Positions 33,169-35,765 of a stretch of 35,765 nt of DNA are shown here, piece by piece. Source of the stretch: Octopus bimaculoides (lineage: Eukaryota); NCBI RefSeq assembly GCF_001194135.2, contig NC_068981.1, positions 69,462,406 through 69,498,170 of the forward strand, written 5' to 3'. The translations under genes were made by a program, and so were the position numbers. Below the pieces are notes generated by a model. It did not search any database. It was not told where the DNA came from and saw only the letters and a list, made by a program, of their open reading frames with translations. Positions within the stretch are counted from its first letter, which is position 1, and each line of letters starts with the position of its first letter.

Positions 33169-35765
33169 AGAGTGAGAATAACTACATAAAACTCCCCATC
33201 AGCAGCCTGAAAGAAGGGTTCATAGCGGGGGAAAGTGATAAAATGCCATCATTCTTGCATTCCAAAGTCCCTCAAGCTGATATTCACCTACGGGCTGCAT
33301 GAAAGATGGGCAGCGAATGCTGCGGGGCCTGCAAAGTCGCAGCTAAGACGTAAAAATATAATGCGTGTTGAACCTTGTGGACGAGCTGATCTAAGTAGCA
33401 GCACAAGGAACAATGAAAGCAGTAGCAACACACGAGGCTACTATTCTCGAATGCGTTTTCAGCGTTGATTGAAGAGGTTTGAACCGGTAAAACTGTTGAG
33501 AAGTAGGGATCTTAGTTACGTTTGGAGGAAGCTGCCTAAATGTTGGTTAGTGGAGGTCCACCGAACAAAATTTTGATTCAAGTAATTTACGACGAACTAC
33601 CAAAATCTGTCAAGCATGTTTCGCGGCAAAATGTTTAGTTATCAGCTTCTCCCTATTTTTCTGAGTGGGAAACACCAGCATTTCCCCAGTTGCTGTCGAA
33701 TAACTCTGGAAAGCACGAAATTCTCATTATCAGAGCAAGCAGCAACCACAGTGTGATTAGCCATTGCAGGATCTTTGGTCAGATGAAGATTACGCCTTTT
33801 TAGAAAAAGAAGAAGATTCTAGCTGTCAGGTTCATCTCAACGGGATTGCTACTAACAATGCAACAAGTGGAAGTGAAGGACTACATAGGGAAGCAGCTGA
33901 AATCCCAGAAATTGTCACCTCAACATCCATAATAGTATACATAGAGCTGATGTTGGAAGCAGGTTTTTCAGCCGGAATTTCATAGTTGCTAACAGGACAG
34001 TAAGGAGGGAGTGAATCATAAGCTGTGAAAAATTTCATGTGGCATGCAATTTGTCTGCAGTACTCTCCCTGTGCAGAGATTAAGACATAATAGCTATCAA
34101 AGAGTCTGCAGACGAGTGGACGCCATATTTACTGTGGAGGTAGCAGAGGTTTCCTAATGTTAACTGTGAATCAGGATGTATGAACTCTGGTAGTTAAAAC
34201 CGCATAAGAAGAGGGTTTTGACCTACCCTGGCTCGATCACCTGGATGGGGGTGTTTAACGAGAAGACTACACACTCAGTAACTCGAGGAAATATCAATGA
34301 TGATATGTCCAGGATAGTGACAGGATAATGTAAGTAAAAACAATTTGTAAGTGTGCATGTGTGAATTTGCAATTTGTGTGTGTATGTGCGTAAGTCTTCT
34401 TCTGTGCGTGTTTGTACAGAAATACAAATTTAATTCATTGCATTCCAAGATATAGCAAGAGAACCAATATTGTTTCTTCTAACTATTTCATATTACTTAA
34501 GCATTTGGATTTCAAATGCATATATAGAAATCACTCTTAAAGTTGATATTACTTTAAGATCTAATCAAACAAGCGGTGTTGCACAATACGATGAAATTTT
34601 GAAGTGAGATATGAAAACGGATACGCAGTTCCCTATCTTTCTGATAACACTAGTTTAATATTAATATAGTTTACCTAATAATTGCATTTCCTCTTCAAAT
34701 TATTTGCGAACATTATCTTCCAAACTAGGTTAAATGGTGTATCCTCTCTGTAAACAAGAAATCCTTACGCACCATACACAAACATATAATTGCAATAGAT
34801 TCCAACTTGTTACCATCTAATTGTCCATTAACATCTGTATAATTTATATATTGACATTGCTGTATCTTAGAAACATTAACATTTTAAATCTAATATTGTC
34901 TAATTAAATATTCGAATGTGAAGTTATGTATTATAATAACACGAACGCTGGACAATTATATAGGTATTCTTAATAATAATTTTCGAAATAATCAAATGCT
35001 GTTAAAGAAACCTGCAAGTATCGGTTGTTGATGTAAAGTCTCAAGTCCGTTGTGGCCAAGTATACCAATGATACAAATCTACTGTTCCAGATCCGATACG
35101 CTTTCGCATAGATACGGAAAATACCCAACTATATAATACATAATGAAACGTACGAGTTTCAAATTTGCTATGTTATATATATATATATATATATATACCA
35201 TTTTACTTTTCAATTCATGGCTATGAGACCATAAAGATAGGCATGGAGTCCATAGTGAAGAGGGATTCCACTTGTTGAACAAGTCAGTGAACGACGTATT
35301 CTCTGAAGCTTGATTATAGAAAATGGTGGTCATTCTAGCGTTATATGTGAAGTTAATGACTTTATAGATTCTGGATTTTTTTTTTCTCTTTTGATGCGTA
35401 TTTTATATTCATCAGAACTGAAGAACAAAGGTGATATTCATGATGGTCTTCAATTAGTAATCTGTAGTAGTTGTAGGAATACATATGTCTAATTTTACAT
35501 TTAGGGCACATAAATGTGGAGTGTAACACACTCCAAAACAAGTTCCTTTCTAGTGTTGGTATATATCGGGATTAAACAAGAAATGTGTAATAGGATGATC
35601 ATTTCGGGATTATTTCTTGGCGTGGAGGAAGACTTAAAGTAATATGCGACTGAATAAATATCACATACACACATACGGATAAATAGTGAGATACATGCAT
35701 AGCCAGAGATAGATAGGTATAAGTGTGTGTATGTTTTAAATGTATGTGTATGTATGTATAAGTAT

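Noticed and set aside
33170-34330. GC-richer stretch with several 60-77 aa ORFs on both strands
   Set aside because: No recognisable domain or consistent frame; probably a decayed unclassified retroelement, too weak to call.

Overview
This is eukaryotic, AT-rich, repeat-dominated DNA from a gapped draft assembly; most of the six N-runs sit beside microsatellites. The SINE families, microsatellite load and LINE types match octopus (coleoid cephalopod) genomic DNA as I recall it, which is an inference. I found no intact recognisable protein-coding gene, no rRNA or true tRNA, no CRISPR array and no prokaryote-type system. Most ORFs in the track are microsatellite or gap artefacts or pieces of dead transposons. 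The window contains five decayed Tc1/mariner DNA transposons (four with recognisable TIR pairs; ends of the fifth are uncertain), Tx1/L1-like, CR1-like and Dong/R4-like LINE remnants, three tRNA-derived SINE families and several foldback or tandem repeats. The points most worth a second look are: (1) an inverted pair of degenerate hammerhead-ribozyme cassettes at 18241-18600; (2) a ~390-bp foldback nested in a mariner between 12-bp direct repeats; (3) a SINE insertion whose empty site survives in a paralogous segment 1.3 kb upstream; (4) a TATA+Inr / splice donor / CCAAT+octamer cluster at 29.56-29.81 kb. That cluster, a few splice-bounded open exon candidates and an 8-of-9 minus-strand bias of coding transposon remnants together suggest the window may lie within introns of a plus-strand transcription unit. 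The gene-model parts are speculative.
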